NCBI GenBank assembly: GCA_965661945.1
Contig: CBFIFP010000001.1
Span: 777,103 to 841,102 of the forward strand
Direction of reading: 5' to 3'
DNA length: 64,000 nucleotides
Source: Candidatus Kapaibacteriales bacterium
GTDB taxonomy: Bacteria; Bacteroidota; Ignavibacteria; Kapaibacteriales; UBA2268
Of this stretch, positions 1 through 9,228 are shown one piece after another. Below the pieces are notes generated by a model. That model saw only the letters and a program-made list of their open reading frames with translations. It had not been told where the DNA came from and ran no database searches. Both the position numbers and the translations under genes were made by a program. How positions within the stretch are numbered: the first letter of the stretch is position 1; each line of letters opens with the position of its first letter.

Positions 1-407
1 GTTTAATGCTAGATAGAGAAAAAGACAGATTAAGAAAAGTTTTTGGTGGTATTGAAGATATGACTCGTCTGCCTGGTGCTATCTTTATTGTAGATATTCT
101 AAAAGAACATCTGGCTGTTAAAGAAGCAAAACTTTTAAATATTCCTGTAATAGGAATTGTAGATACAAATGCAGACCCTCATTTAATTGATACACCTATA
201 CCAGCTAATGATGATTCCATTGCATCAATTGAACTAATCTCTAATATCATTGCTGATGCAGTGATTGAAGGTAGTGAAATTGCTAAGAGTAGAATGGCTG
301 AGTCTCAAGCTGAACAACATCTTGAAGGGAAAGAAGATGGTGGAGATGCTGATGCTAAATTCAAGAAAAAAATGCGTAGAAGAAAGCCTGCAAATGCTTC
401 AAACTAA
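1..407 (+). CDS. rpsB: 30S ribosomal protein S2, C-terminal part (5' end lies outside the window)
   Basis: Translation GAIFIVDIL...IPVIGIVDTNADP...IELISNIIADAVIEG matches the conserved S2 C-terminal region. The frame is open to the window edge. tsf follows directly, as in the canonical rpsB-tsf operon. Confidence 0.85.
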   Translation, partial: LMLDREKDRLRKVFGGIEDMTRLPGAIFIVDILKEHLAVKEAKLLNIPVIGIVDTNADPHLIDTPIPANDDSIASIELISNIIADAVIEGSEIAKSRMAESQAEQHLEGKEDGGDADAKFKKKMRRRKPANASN

Positions 408-428
408 TAAAGATTAATTTTAAATCAA

Positions 429-456
429 AGCATCAATTATTTGGTGCTTTTTTTTA
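429..456 (+). terminator. hairpin plus T-run between rpsB and tsf (attenuator/partial terminator)
   Basis: A 7-bp stem agcatca/tggtgct (one G-T wobble) with a 6-nt loop, followed by tttttttt. An attenuator at this position in the rpsB-tsf intergenic region is known from E. coli. Confidence 0.4.
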
Positions 457-504
457 ATAAAATATTTGTTGAAAATAATTTAAAAATAAATTTAAGAGAA
501 AAAA

Positions 505-1356
505 ATGCAAATTACACCACAAATGGTTAAACAGCTTAGAGAAAGCACTGGTGCTGGTATGGCTGATTGTAAAAAAGCCCTTGAAGAAACTCAAGGTAAT
601 TTTGATGAAGCAGTTGAATATTTAAGAAAAAAAGGCGCTGCCTCTGCTGCTAAAAGAGCAGATAAAGAAGCTAATGAAGGTTTAGTTGTTACAGCTTCAA
701 ACGATAATAACACAAAAGCAGCACTTATTGAAGTTACTTGCGAAACAGACTTCGTTGCTAAAAATCTAGAATATATTGATTATGTAGATTCATTAGCAAA
801 TGCACTTTTGACGACAAACATTACAACAAAAGAAGATTTATTAAATCACAAAATTGGTAATGATACTGTTCAAGATTTACACAACTCAATTCTTGCAAAA
901 TTTAGTGAAAAAATAGACATCAACAGGATCGTAGTTTATGAAACTAAAGGTTATGTTGCATCTTATATCCATGGTGGATCTAAATTAGCTGTTCTATTAG
1001 ATGTTTCATCTGATAAACTAAATGATAGCGCAAAACAATTAGTAAAAGATATTGCTATGCAAATTGCTGCAATGCAACCAGTTTCTGTTGATAGAAGTGG
1101 TGTATCTACTGATACTTTAGAAAAAGAAAAAGAAATTTATAAAGAACAAGCAATTCAAGAAGGTAAAAATCCTGATATAGCTGAAAAAATTGCTCTTGGT
1201 AGAGTTGAGAAATTTTACAAAGAAAACTGTTTAGTTGAACAAGTATTTGTAAAAGACTCTAAAAAAACAGTTTCAGATGTATTAACAGAGATTTCTAAAG
1301 AAATAGGTGAAGACTTTAAAATCAATAAATTTGCAAGAATTGCAATTGGCGAATAA
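505..1356 (+). CDS. tsf: elongation factor Ts
   Basis: 283 aa. The N-terminal [24 protein letters not shown] is the EF-Ts UBA-like signature, and the gene sits downstream of rpsB. Confidence 0.9.
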   Translation: MQITPQMVKQLRESTGAGMADCKKALEETQGNFDEAVEYLRKKGAASAAKRADKEANEGLVVTASNDNNTKAALIEVTCETDFVAKNLEYIDYVDSLANALLTTNITTKEDLLNHKIGNDTVQDLHNSILAKFSEKIDINRIVVYETKGYVASYIHGGSKLAVLLDVSSDKLNDSAKQLVKDIAMQIAAMQPVSVDRSGVSTDTLEKEKEIYKEQAIQEGKNPDIAEKIALGRVEKFYKENCLVEQVFVKDSKKTVSDVLTEISKEIGEDFKINKFARIAIGE

Positions 1357-1358
1357 AT

Positions 1359-2072
1359 ATGTCTTCTAACTTCAAAAGAATATTACTTAAGTTAAGTGGA
1401 GAATCATTAATGGGGTCAAAAGAATTTGGAATTGACCCCGATGCTCTTAATGGTTTTGCCGACCAAGTAGTAAATGCTATAAAACTTGGTGTTGAAATTG
1501 GAATAGTTATTGGTGGTGGAAATATATTCAGAGGTGTTCAAGCCTCCGCTCACGGCATCCATAAGGTATCTGGTGATCACATGGGTATGCTCGCTACTGT
1601 AATAAACAGTATCGCATTCCAAAATACTCTTGAAGATAGAGGCGTTCAAACTAGGTTGCAAACTGCTATTAAAATGGAACAAATTGCTGAACCATTTATT
1701 AGGCGAAGAGCTATCAGACACTTAGAAAAAGGTAGAGTTGTTATTTTTGGAGCTGGAACTGGTAATCCTTATTTTACAACCGATACTGCAGCTGTGCTTA
1801 GAGCAATAGAAATAGAAGCAGATATCGTAATAAAAGGAACTAGAGTTAATGGGGTTTACGATTCCGATCCAGAAAAAAATCTAGATGCTAAATTATTTGA
1901 CGAAATAACTTTTAAAGAAGTCATAGAAAAAGATTTAAGAGTAATGGATCATACTGCTATAACTTTATGTAGCGAGAATAAACTACCTCTTAAAGTAATT
2001 AATATGAACCATAATGGTAACCTTATAAAGTTACTAACTGGTGAAAAAATTGGAACAAGCATTAATAATTAA
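1359..2072 (+). CDS. pyrH: UMP kinase
   Basis: 237 aa. ILLKLSGE...[12 protein letters not shown]...[16 protein letters not shown] are UMP kinase motifs. The tsf-pyrH-frr order is conserved. Confidence 0.9.
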   Translation: MSSNFKRILLKLSGESLMGSKEFGIDPDALNGFADQVVNAIKLGVEIGIVIGGGNIFRGVQASAHGIHKVSGDHMGMLATVINSIAFQNTLEDRGVQTRLQTAIKMEQIAEPFIRRRAIRHLEKGRVVIFGAGTGNPYFTTDTAAVLRAIEIEADIVIKGTRVNGVYDSDPEKNLDAKLFDEITFKEVIEKDLRVMDHTAITLCSENKLPLKVINMNHNGNLIKLLTGEKIGTSINN

Positions 2073-2082
2073 AGGTATTATT

Positions 2083-2643
2083 ATGGAAATATCAGAAATA
2101 ACTTCAAAAACAGACTCACAGATGCATAAATCTGTTGAATTTTATGAATCTCATCTTGCTAAAATAAGAACTGGGAGAGCCTCTGCTTCATTGTTAGATG
2201 ATGTAAAGGTTAACGCCTATGGAGCGCCTACACCAATTAGTCAAACTGCTAATGTTTCTGCTCCTGATGCAAGAACTCTTCTTATTCAACCGTGGGATAA
2301 ATCTTTAATTGGTGAAATCGAAAAAGCTATTTTATCCTCAGACTTAGGATTTAATCCTCAAAATGATGGACAAATTGTAAGAATTCCTATTCCAGCTTTA
2401 ACTGAAGAAAGAAGAAAAGAATTTGTGAAATTAGCTAAAAAGAATTCAGAAGATGCAAAAGTTGCTATTAGAAATATAAGAAGAGATAATATAGAAACTT
2501 TGCGTAAAGCTGAAAAGAACAAAGAACTTTCCGAAGATTTCAGATTGCAGGGTGAAGACGAAATTCAAAAGTTAACAGATAAGTATATTGCACTTGTTGA
2601 CAGTAAACTAGAAGTAAAAGAAAAAGAATTAATGGAAGATTAA
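2083..2643 (+). CDS. frr: ribosome recycling factor
   Basis: The ORF is open from 2041, but the alignment to Frr (MEISEITSK...KIRTGRASASLLD...LTEERRKE) begins at the internal Met at 2083, which also clears the pyrH stop. Confidence 0.85.
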   Translation: MEISEITSKTDSQMHKSVEFYESHLAKIRTGRASASLLDDVKVNAYGAPTPISQTANVSAPDARTLLIQPWDKSLIGEIEKAILSSDLGFNPQNDGQIVRIPIPALTEERRKEFVKLAKKNSEDAKVAIRNIRRDNIETLRKAEKNKELSEDFRLQGEDEIQKLTDKYIALVDSKLEVKEKELMED

Positions 2644-2649
2644 ATAAAA

Positions 2650-2672
2650 GCCCTCTTTTGAGGGTTTTTTTC
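2650..2672 (+). terminator. rho-independent terminator after frr
   Basis: gccctc-tttt-gagggt hairpin followed by a run of 8 T. Confidence 0.6.
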
Positions 2673-2693
2673 TAATTAATTGAATTTGAATAC

Positions 2694-3413
2694 TTAAAAT
2701 AAAATATATAAATAAGCAAATAATTCATATAAAAGATATTTCATATAATTCGATGCTCTAGAGCTGGGAAAATAATCAAATACTTCAAATTCTAAGTTTT
2801 TAATTTTATGTTGGGTAGGAACTAAATGATATTTTTCTAAACCATATTTATCAGCTAATAACTTAATTCTTGGAATATGACTTGCTGAACTAACTAACAA
2901 GACTTGTTTGTAATTAATAGTCTTTAGATATTTAATCTGTTCTTCAGTATTTATCGATTTATTATCAAGAATAATAGTAGCTTCCGAGCCAATAGACTTA
3001 AAAACATTACGCATAAGAACTGCTTCACTATTTTCGTCAAAAACGCTGTACCCACTTAGAATTACCTTAGACTTATCATTTATTAATGACATTGACTCAA
3101 GAATCCGAATTGCAGTTTCATCTTCTAATTTTGAAGTATTTGATATATTATTATTACTATGAGCACCTCCTCCAAAAACAAAAATATCATAATCACCTTT
3201 GATTTTTGATATATCTAAAGTTGGCTCTTGTCTTTCGTAATAATATAAAAGCGTTTCAGATATAAACGCAGTATTAAGTAAGTAAGCTATAAATATCGAA
3301 ATAAGTAAATATTTAATAGTTCTAAATTTAACATATATATAAAATGAGATAAAAATAAAAAGAAAGGAAAACAAAAGTGGATCTAAAAACTCTAAAAGTA
3401 TTTTTTCTGTCAT
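2694..3413 (-). CDS. DUF218 (YdcF/ElyC/SanA-superfamily) membrane-anchored protein
   Basis: 239 aa with an N-terminal TM helix. FVFGGGAH...VILSGYSV...LLVSSASHIPR matches the DUF218 core. A 4-nt ATGA overlap with the upstream pepP stop suggests translational coupling. Confidence 0.6.
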   Translation of the reverse strand: MTEKILLEFLDPLLFSFLFIFISFYIYVKFRTIKYLLISIFIAYLLNTAFISETLLYYYERQEPTLDISKIKGDYDIFVFGGGAHSNNNISNTSKLEDETAIRILESMSLINDKSKVILSGYSVFDENSEAVLMRNVFKSIGSEATIILDNKSINTEEQIKYLKTINYKQVLLVSSASHIPRIKLLADKYGLEKYHLVPTQHKIKNLEFEVFDYFPSSRASNYMKYLLYELFAYLYILF

Positions 3414-4756
3414 TTATTCATTAACTCCTCTAATTCCTTTACTTCTTTTGGTAAATCTTTTGATAATACTTTATTTCCATCTGATGTAATCATAATATCG
3501 TCTTCGATTCTTATACCAATATTCCACCATTTTTTATCACAATTACTTCCTTCTGGAATATAAATTCCTGGCTCAACTGTTATGACATTGCCTTTTTTTA
3601 AAATATCATAGGAACCGACATCATGAACATCTAAACCAAGATAATGCGATGTACCATGGGGAAAGTATTGTCGGGATTGAGAATTCGTTTTAATAAGACC
3701 TAGTTCAATTAATGCACTATCGATATATGACCTTGCTGTTAAATCTATATCTGAGAATTTAACACCTGATTTACATATAGAGATCGCTCTTTTTTGTGCT
3801 TCTAAGACTATTTGATAAATTTTTTTTTGTTCTTTGGTAAATTTACCACTTTTGGGAACTGTTCTTGTAATATCAGAGGCATAACCATGGTATTCAGCTC
3901 CACAGTCAAAAAGTACTAAATCATTGGTTTTAATGCTCATTCTATTATTGCTATAATGTAAGATGCAAGAGTTATATCCAGCTCCTACAATAGAGTTATA
4001 AGCTGTATTTTCTGCGCCTAATGTTTTAAACTCTCCTTCAATTTCTCCCTCTATCTCGTACTCATAATTATATTTTTTAATATTTTTAATAACTTTTTTA
4101 TGAGCTTCTACAGAAATATCAACTGCTTTTTGTATTAAGTTAATCTCGTACTCATCTTTAACTTCTCTTAGTTTTTTACTATATTTATGTTCATTATTAA
4201 ATATTATAAAAGGATTTTTCTCTCTTAAGTCATTAATTATTGATATTTCAAAATCATTTGGTGATTTTGAGTTTAAGTATGGAAAAAATTTTTCTCCTTT
4301 TGAATATGGGGCAACTGATACCTCCATTACATCATCAAGTATTGATGAGAAATTAATTTCTGTGTCATAAAATACTTCTTCAATACCTGAAAACTGTTTT
4401 ATTTCATTTTTAGAAGGAAGAGTGCCATGCCATATTTTATCATTATTTTCTTGCTTTTTAATCATTAAAAATTCAAAAATTATTTTTCCATTTATATTAA
4501 ATCCATTTTTGCTTATGAAGAGTATTGCATTTTTAAATGGATATGAAGTATAATAAAGCATATCACTGTTTTGTCTAAATTTACCATGTTTATCATTTGA
4601 ATAAAAATCTGATGATAATGCAAGATATACTTCACCCTCAAATAAAATCGACTTCAAATTACTTCTTCTTTTTTGATAAACTTCTTTCGGGGGGGTATCA
4701 ATAAAAACGTGATAATAATTGCTAAATAGTAAAGTAATAAATAATAGATTAATCAT
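3410..4756 (-). CDS. Xaa-Pro aminopeptidase (M24B family), probable signal peptide
   Basis: HGTSHYLGLDVHDVG, VITVEPGIYIPEG and GIRIEDDIMIT are M24 metal-ligand motifs. The ORF extends to 4783. The Met at 4756 (MINLLFITLLF) is the likely start and abuts the comF stop. Confidence 0.8.
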   Translation of the reverse strand: MINLLFITLLFSNYYHVFIDTPPKEVYQKRRSNLKSILFEGEVYLALSSDFYSNDKHGKFRQNSDMLYYTSYPFKNAILFISKNGFNINGKIIFEFLMIKKQENNDKIWHGTLPSKNEIKQFSGIEEVFYDTEINFSSILDDVMEVSVAPYSKGEKFFPYLNSKSPNDFEISIINDLREKNPFIIFNNEHKYSKKLREVKDEYEINLIQKAVDISVEAHKKVIKNIKKYNYEYEIEGEIEGEFKTLGAENTAYNSIVGAGYNSCILHYSNNRMSIKTNDLVLFDCGAEYHGYASDITRTVPKSGKFTKEQKKIYQIVLEAQKRAISICKSGVKFSDIDLTARSYIDSALIELGLIKTNSQSRQYFPHGTSHYLGLDVHDVGSYDILKKGNVITVEPGIYIPEGSNCDKKWWNIGIRIEDDIMITSDGNKVLSKDLPKEVKELEELMNK

Positions 4757-5445
4757 TTTTCTGCCAAAGTTATTGTTGCACAATCAATATTCTTAGGGGT
4801 GTATTTCATAATTTCTTTTGCCACTGAGTTAATTGTAGAGCCGGTTGTGAAAACATCATCAATAATTAGTATGTTTTTATTATTTATATAATTGTGATAC
4901 TTTTCATTTAAAATAAATACGTTTTCTAAATTAATCTTTCTCTCTTCAGAATTTAGTTTTGTCTGAGTTATAGTATATTTATTTCTAATTATTATATCAT
5001 CATTAACTTCACACTTTAAAACATCTGCAACTCCATTTCCAATTTCATAAGCTTGGTTAAAAGTCCTTTGACGCTTTTTTACTCTATGCAAAGGAACAGG
5101 AATTATTATATCGTATTCTATTTTGGATTCTTGTTTAATTTTTCTACCAAGATGTCTGCCATAATTAAAACCAATTTCTTTGTATTTCGTGTATTTAATG
5201 TAATGTATTAATTTTTGAACTTCATGAAAATTAGCAAATAAAGAAAATATATTATCAAAGTATATATCTTTTTTGATTAATATATCATTTTTTGTTTGTT
5301 TTATGTAATTTTGGTTTCCAGCTATTTCAAATTTATATAAAATTGAATCTGAAAAAACGATTTCTCCTTTTTTTAACTTATTTCCAGTTAAAATACAAAA
5401 TGGAGGATATACAATATTTAATAATATATGAAACATAATAAACAA
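4753..5445 (-). CDS. ComF-family protein (phosphoribosyltransferase domain)
   Basis: 230 aa with a C-terminal PRTase motif ILIIDDVFTTGSTI, the ComFC-like arrangement. Confidence 0.65.
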   Translation of the reverse strand: MFIMFHILLNIVYPPFCILTGNKLKKGEIVFSDSILYKFEIAGNQNYIKQTKNDILIKKDIYFDNIFSLFANFHEVQKLIHYIKYTKYKEIGFNYGRHLGRKIKQESKIEYDIIIPVPLHRVKKRQRTFNQAYEIGNGVADVLKCEVNDDIIIRNKYTITQTKLNSEERKINLENVFILNEKYHNYINNKNILIIDDVFTTGSTINSVAKEIMKYTPKNIDCATITLAEK

Positions 5446-5742
5446 TTTTTAAAATATGATTAATAAATTATATAAAATTAAATAATGTTTTCGGAATTAC
5501 CAAAATAATATTTATTAACTTTAATTATTTTATAAATATATACGAAAAAAAAGGTGTCTAAGAATATGTGAGATATTAATCAAGTTTTTCATTTATAGAT
5601 ATATAATTATCGCAATATTTTTGGATATTAATAATTATAAAGCCCTACTCCTACGGAGCAGGTGATTTGTTTTCTATTTATAGATAACTGCTTCGCTGTT
5701 GTTAAATTATTATAGATTTTGATTGATTATAAAAATTCTTTT

Positions 5743-5793
5743 GCCGAGGAATTTGGGTTCTGTGCCTATTATGAAATCGATGAAGACTTTTAC
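5743..5793. repeat. left copy of a 51-bp direct repeat (49/51 identical to 8561-8611); a detached remnant of a sanA-like gene 3' end
   Basis: gccgaggaatttgggttctgtgcctattatgaaatcgatgaagacttttac compared with the 3' end of the sanA-like gene at 8561-8611. The minus-strand translation gives VKVFIDFIIGTEPKFLG..., against VKVFIDFIIGTQPKFLGEKIKIE in the intact gene. Confidence 0.7.
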
Positions 5794-5829
5794 TTGGTTT
5801 TTATAACTGATTAAATTTGTATCCACCTC

Positions 5830-6357
5830 TCATTCTAAAATTATATTTTTTGTTATAATTTTATTTTTGAATTTGTATACAATTCTAAAATTACTTATTT
5901 TCTTATCAATTGGAATTGGATTATTAAACTTGTTAAAAGTATGTTCAATTTGATTACCATACAAATCAACTAACTTTATAAACTCATATTCATTTTCTGA
6001 AATAACTTCATCATCTAATTTTAAAGAAGTATCAGTTTCTAATATTGAAAAATAATTACTACTTGCTATAATTTCATTTTCAATTTCTACAATTAACTTG
6101 TATCTTAGGGAATTTTTAACTAAGTTTCCAACTACTAAATTCAATTTGATTTTATCATTAGATAAAAATACATTTTCAATTTCATTTTTTTCTTTTTTAA
6201 TTTTATCAAAAATGTAAATCTTTGCATTTATATACTTTTCAGTTGCTTTAATTTTCAATATGCCATCTTTGTAGTAATAATCATTTAGCGAACCTGAAGG
6301 CAATTCTATATTTGAAAACATAAAATTACTTAAAATTAATATTATTATTGTGAACAT
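5830..6357 (-). CDS. hypothetical secreted protein (N-terminal signal/TM), no recognisable domain
   Basis: 175 aa, hydrophobic N-terminus MFTIIILILSNFMF, very AT-rich codon usage (I/N/K/E rich). It is tightly coupled to the upstream 612-aa gene, with a 2-nt gap. Confidence 0.5.
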   Translation of the reverse strand: MFTIIILILSNFMFSNIELPSGSLNDYYYKDGILKIKATEKYINAKIYIFDKIKKEKNEIENVFLSNDKIKLNLVVGNLVKNSLRYKLIVEIENEIIASSNYFSILETDTSLKLDDEVISENEYEFIKLVDLYGNQIEHTFNKFNNPIPIDKKISNFRIVYKFKNKIITKNIILE

Positions 6358-6359
6358 TA

Positions 6360-8198
6360 TTACTCCGATTTAAAAATTTTTAAAATTCTATTGTCTTTTG
6401 TTTGAATTAATAGCAATTTATTACTTTCTATGTTATCTAATTTATTGCCATTTATATCATAAATTGATTCAATTTCAAAGTCATCCAATTCTTTTTGGGT
6501 AACTGATAACGTATTTAGTTCGAACATTAATACCCTCGCTGGACTATAAATTACTAAATTATTATCAATTTGTTGAAATGATATTGTTCTAGAGTACATT
6601 TCAAATTGAATATTATTTACAATAATAAAGTCATCATTAATTTCTAAATTCAAATTCGCAAATTGAAATTTTCTAGGTTCAGGAAAACTTACTACTTTAT
6701 TATCAACTATTTTATAAGTATTATTATATTTACTAGTTAAAATTATTGTCTCATCATTATAATGCAACATAAACCTTATTGTATTTGGAAAATTAAAATC
6801 ATAATCATTTAATTTATTATCCTTTATCATATATAAAGTACCATTGAGAACAAAAAATTTATCTATTTTTGAATCAATCAATGTAGTTGTACTATCTGCA
6901 ATTTTATAATTATATAAATCATTTTCATCATCTAAGATAATTAAATTATTATCATCCTTTAAAGTCATATTTTTAATTTTAGAATTAAAATTAATTTGAA
7001 TAATTTCTTCATTTTTATCTTCATAGTTTTTTATAATAAAATGAATGTATTCATTATGATGTCTATAATTTTGGGTATAAAGAATATTGTTAAAAGTATA
7101 TAAATTAAATTGACTGCCATTTCCAATTATTCTAAATTCTTGTTTTCCTTTTGATATATTCATTAAATATTCATTCCCTCTTATTTGAATTAATTCTTTT
7201 TTTGAATTTAACAAAAATAAATTATTCCAAAAATTTGATAAATATTTTGGGAAATATTTGATATTATCAAAATCATTATTTTCAAATAAAATGTATTTTG
7301 GATGACTTCTTTGCATAATTTGAGTTGCAAAATAATAGTTACCAATTCTTTCAATATTTTCAATTATGTGATTAATTTTATATTCTTTGATTGGTAAATT
7401 GTTTTCATAAATTCTTAAATATACATTATTGATATCTTCCTCATCTTGTGCTAAAGTTATTATGTTGTTTTCATTAATTATAAAATCTCTGATGAAATTT
7501 CCAGGCAAATCTAATATTTTAATTATTTCATTATTTTCAAGTTTATATATTCCATTCAAATCATAGAAATAATTAATATCATCATATTTTTTTGAATAAA
7601 TCATAGACAGATTTGATGTAAACATTACTTCTTTAATATTTGACTTAAATTCGTATTTAATTATTTCACTATTAATACTTGAATAAATCAAATAGTTATC
7701 ACCAATTTGAATTGGTTTATCAATGTTTTCTATATATCTATGATTATTCGTTTCTAAATTAATTAATGTATCACCTGATATTTTGTAATATTCATCATTA
7801 AGATTAAAAATTTCTTTAGTCGATTTATCAATTTCTCTGAAACTCAAATCTGCAACATTTAATTCAAAATTATGATATCCAGAACTCAAACTACCGTCAT
7901 ATATTTGAATTAAATCACCTTGTATTTTGTTTATTGAAATAAATCCATGAAATCCTAATTCTTTTAATCTGTTGTTTTCTATCACATTGACTAATTTTAG
8001 TTTTTCATCATAAATAAAGAGCATATCTGTAGAAAAAACAACTATATAATTTTCAGTTACTACTAACTGAGTAAAACCCATTTTCCCTATGTGTACAATG
8101 TGAAAACTAAAATCATCTATGCCAAATTCATCAATTATTTGACATTTTATACTTATTGAAAACATAGCTAAAACTAAAAATATTAATATTTTTCTCAT
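6360..8198 (-). CDS. hypothetical secreted protein, 612 aa, N/I/Y/K-rich (possibly a beta-rich repeat fold)
   Basis: A long clean ORF with a cleavable-looking signal peptide MRKILIFLVLAMFSISIKCQ. No motifs I recognise. Extremely AT-rich compared with flanking housekeeping genes. Confidence 0.55.
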   Translation of the reverse strand: MRKILIFLVLAMFSISIKCQIIDEFGIDDFSFHIVHIGKMGFTQLVVTENYIVVFSTDMLFIYDEKLKLVNVIENNRLKELGFHGFISINKIQGDLIQIYDGSLSSGYHNFELNVADLSFREIDKSTKEIFNLNDEYYKISGDTLINLETNNHRYIENIDKPIQIGDNYLIYSSINSEIIKYEFKSNIKEVMFTSNLSMIYSKKYDDINYFYDLNGIYKLENNEIIKILDLPGNFIRDFIINENNIITLAQDEEDINNVYLRIYENNLPIKEYKINHIIENIERIGNYYFATQIMQRSHPKYILFENNDFDNIKYFPKYLSNFWNNLFLLNSKKELIQIRGNEYLMNISKGKQEFRIIGNGSQFNLYTFNNILYTQNYRHHNEYIHFIIKNYEDKNEEIIQINFNSKIKNMTLKDDNNLIILDDENDLYNYKIADSTTTLIDSKIDKFFVLNGTLYMIKDNKLNDYDFNFPNTIRFMLHYNDETIILTSKYNNTYKIVDNKVVSFPEPRKFQFANLNLEINDDFIIVNNIQFEMYSRTISFQQIDNNLVIYSPARVLMFELNTLSVTQKELDDFEIESIYDINGNKLDNIESNKLLLIQTKDNRILKIFKSE

Positions 8199-8328
8199 AA
8201 AGTGTGTTGAACTCCAGTTAAAATAATTTTGGTGATTTTTTTAATAATTTAATTACAATTAATATTTTAAACATAATTTTACCTTTTTTATTTTTAAAAT
8301 TTTCATCTTTAAATAAGATTTATCAAAA

Positions 8329-8394
8329 TTAAAAAAATAATTAAAAAAATAATTAAAAAAATAATTAAAAAAATAATTAAAAAAATAATTAAAA
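8329..8394. repeat. 12-bp tandem repeat (ttaaaaaaataa) x5 plus a partial sixth unit
   Basis: Perfect head-to-tail copies at 8329, 8341, 8353, 8365 and 8377, plus partial ttaaaa. It lies about 130 bp upstream of the start of the 612-aa gene (minus strand). Confidence 0.85.
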
Positions 8395-8539
8395 TTTGAT
8401 GTTTTTAAGATTTTTTTAATTATTTGGCAATTTTCTAAAATTAGTGTGTAGAATACCTGACACTTTTTGTATTTTTATGGTTTGAAAAATCTAAAAACAC
8501 CAAATTATTAAGCATATTTTGTTTTGTTAATTTTGTTTC

Positions 8540-9172
8540 TTATTCAATTTTGATTTTTTCGCCGAGGAATTTGGGTTGTGTGCCTATTATGAAGTCGATG
8601 AAGACTTTTACGCGGGCGAGTTTTTCACGGAAGTATTGTCCGATTTGTAGGTTTGTGTTTACGTTTTTGGCGTTGAATGCGATTGCTTTATGTCCTAATT
8701 GGTTTGCTATGAATATTGCTCTTTGGTTATGGTACTGCTGACTTATAACAGTGTATGATGTTAAACCAAATATTTTATTTGCTCTTATAATTGAATCGTA
8801 AGTTCTGAATCCAGCGAAATCTAAGTAAATAATTGAATCTGGTATTCCTTTTTTTACAAGTGCTTTTTTCATATCAATTGGCTCATTGTAGTATGACTTG
8901 GAATTATCGCCACTTATTAATATTCTTTCGATTTTACCAAGTGCAAATAATTTATATGTTGCTTCAATTCTATATTTGAAATAGAGGTTTTGACTTCCGT
9001 CTTTAAAGTATTTTGAAGTACCGAGGAGTAAGCCCACTCTTTTATTTGGCAATTCTTCAATATTACTATAGATATATTTATTTGAATTAAATTGAATAAG
9101 AATATCTGCAATAATTATTGAAACTATTGCAAATGAAATTAAAATTAATATAATATATTTGATTATTTTCAT
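8540..9172 (-). CDS. SanA/YdcF-like DUF218 protein with N-terminal membrane anchor
   Basis: 210 aa. N-terminal TM, then VGLLLGTS...ILISGDNS...FAGFRTYDSIIRA...YHNQRA, which matches SanA-family DUF218. Its last ~17 codons constitute the right copy of the 51-bp direct repeat. Confidence 0.7.
   Translation of the reverse strand: MKIIKYIILILISFAIVSIIIADILIQFNSNKYIYSNIEELPNKRVGLLLGTSKYFKDGSQNLYFKYRIEATYKLFALGKIERILISGDNSKSYYNEPIDMKKALVKKGIPDSIIYLDFAGFRTYDSIIRANKIFGLTSYTVISQQYHNQRAIFIANQLGHKAIAFNAKNVNTNLQIGQYFREKLARVKVFIDFIIGTQPKFLGEKIKIE
8561..8611. repeat. right copy of the 51-bp direct repeat (inside the 3' end of the sanA-like gene)
   Basis: gccgaggaatttgggttgtgtgcctattatgaagtcgatgaagacttttac, with 2 mismatches to 5743-5793, same orientation, 2818 bp apart. 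Confidence 0.7.
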
Positions 9173-9216
9173 AAAAAAACCCGTTACTTTTATTAATAAC
9201 GGGTTTGAGTTTTTTA
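9170..9216. terminator. bidirectional hairpin terminator between the fkpA-like and sanA-like genes
   Basis: A 10-bp stem aaacccgtta/taacgggttt flanked by an A-run on one side and a T-run on the other, so it is followed by a U-run on either strand. Confidence 0.5.
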
Positions 9217-9228
9217 AGTTTTAGTTTT

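Noticed and set aside
1416-1721. 101-aa ORF antisense to pyrH
   Set aside because: It lies entirely inside a well-supported pyrH CDS on the other strand and has low-complexity S/N-rich translation. Such antisense ORFs are typical of AT-rich DNA.
5640-5675. Small palindrome ctcc-tac-ggag in the comF upstream gap as a terminator for the island operon
   Set aside because: It is only a 4-bp stem without a convincing U-tract, so it is too weak to call.
8329-8394. Possible CRISPR array (regular short repeats)
   Set aside because: The units are contiguous 12-mers with no spacers, far shorter than CRISPR repeats, and no cas genes are nearby. It is a simple tandem repeat.
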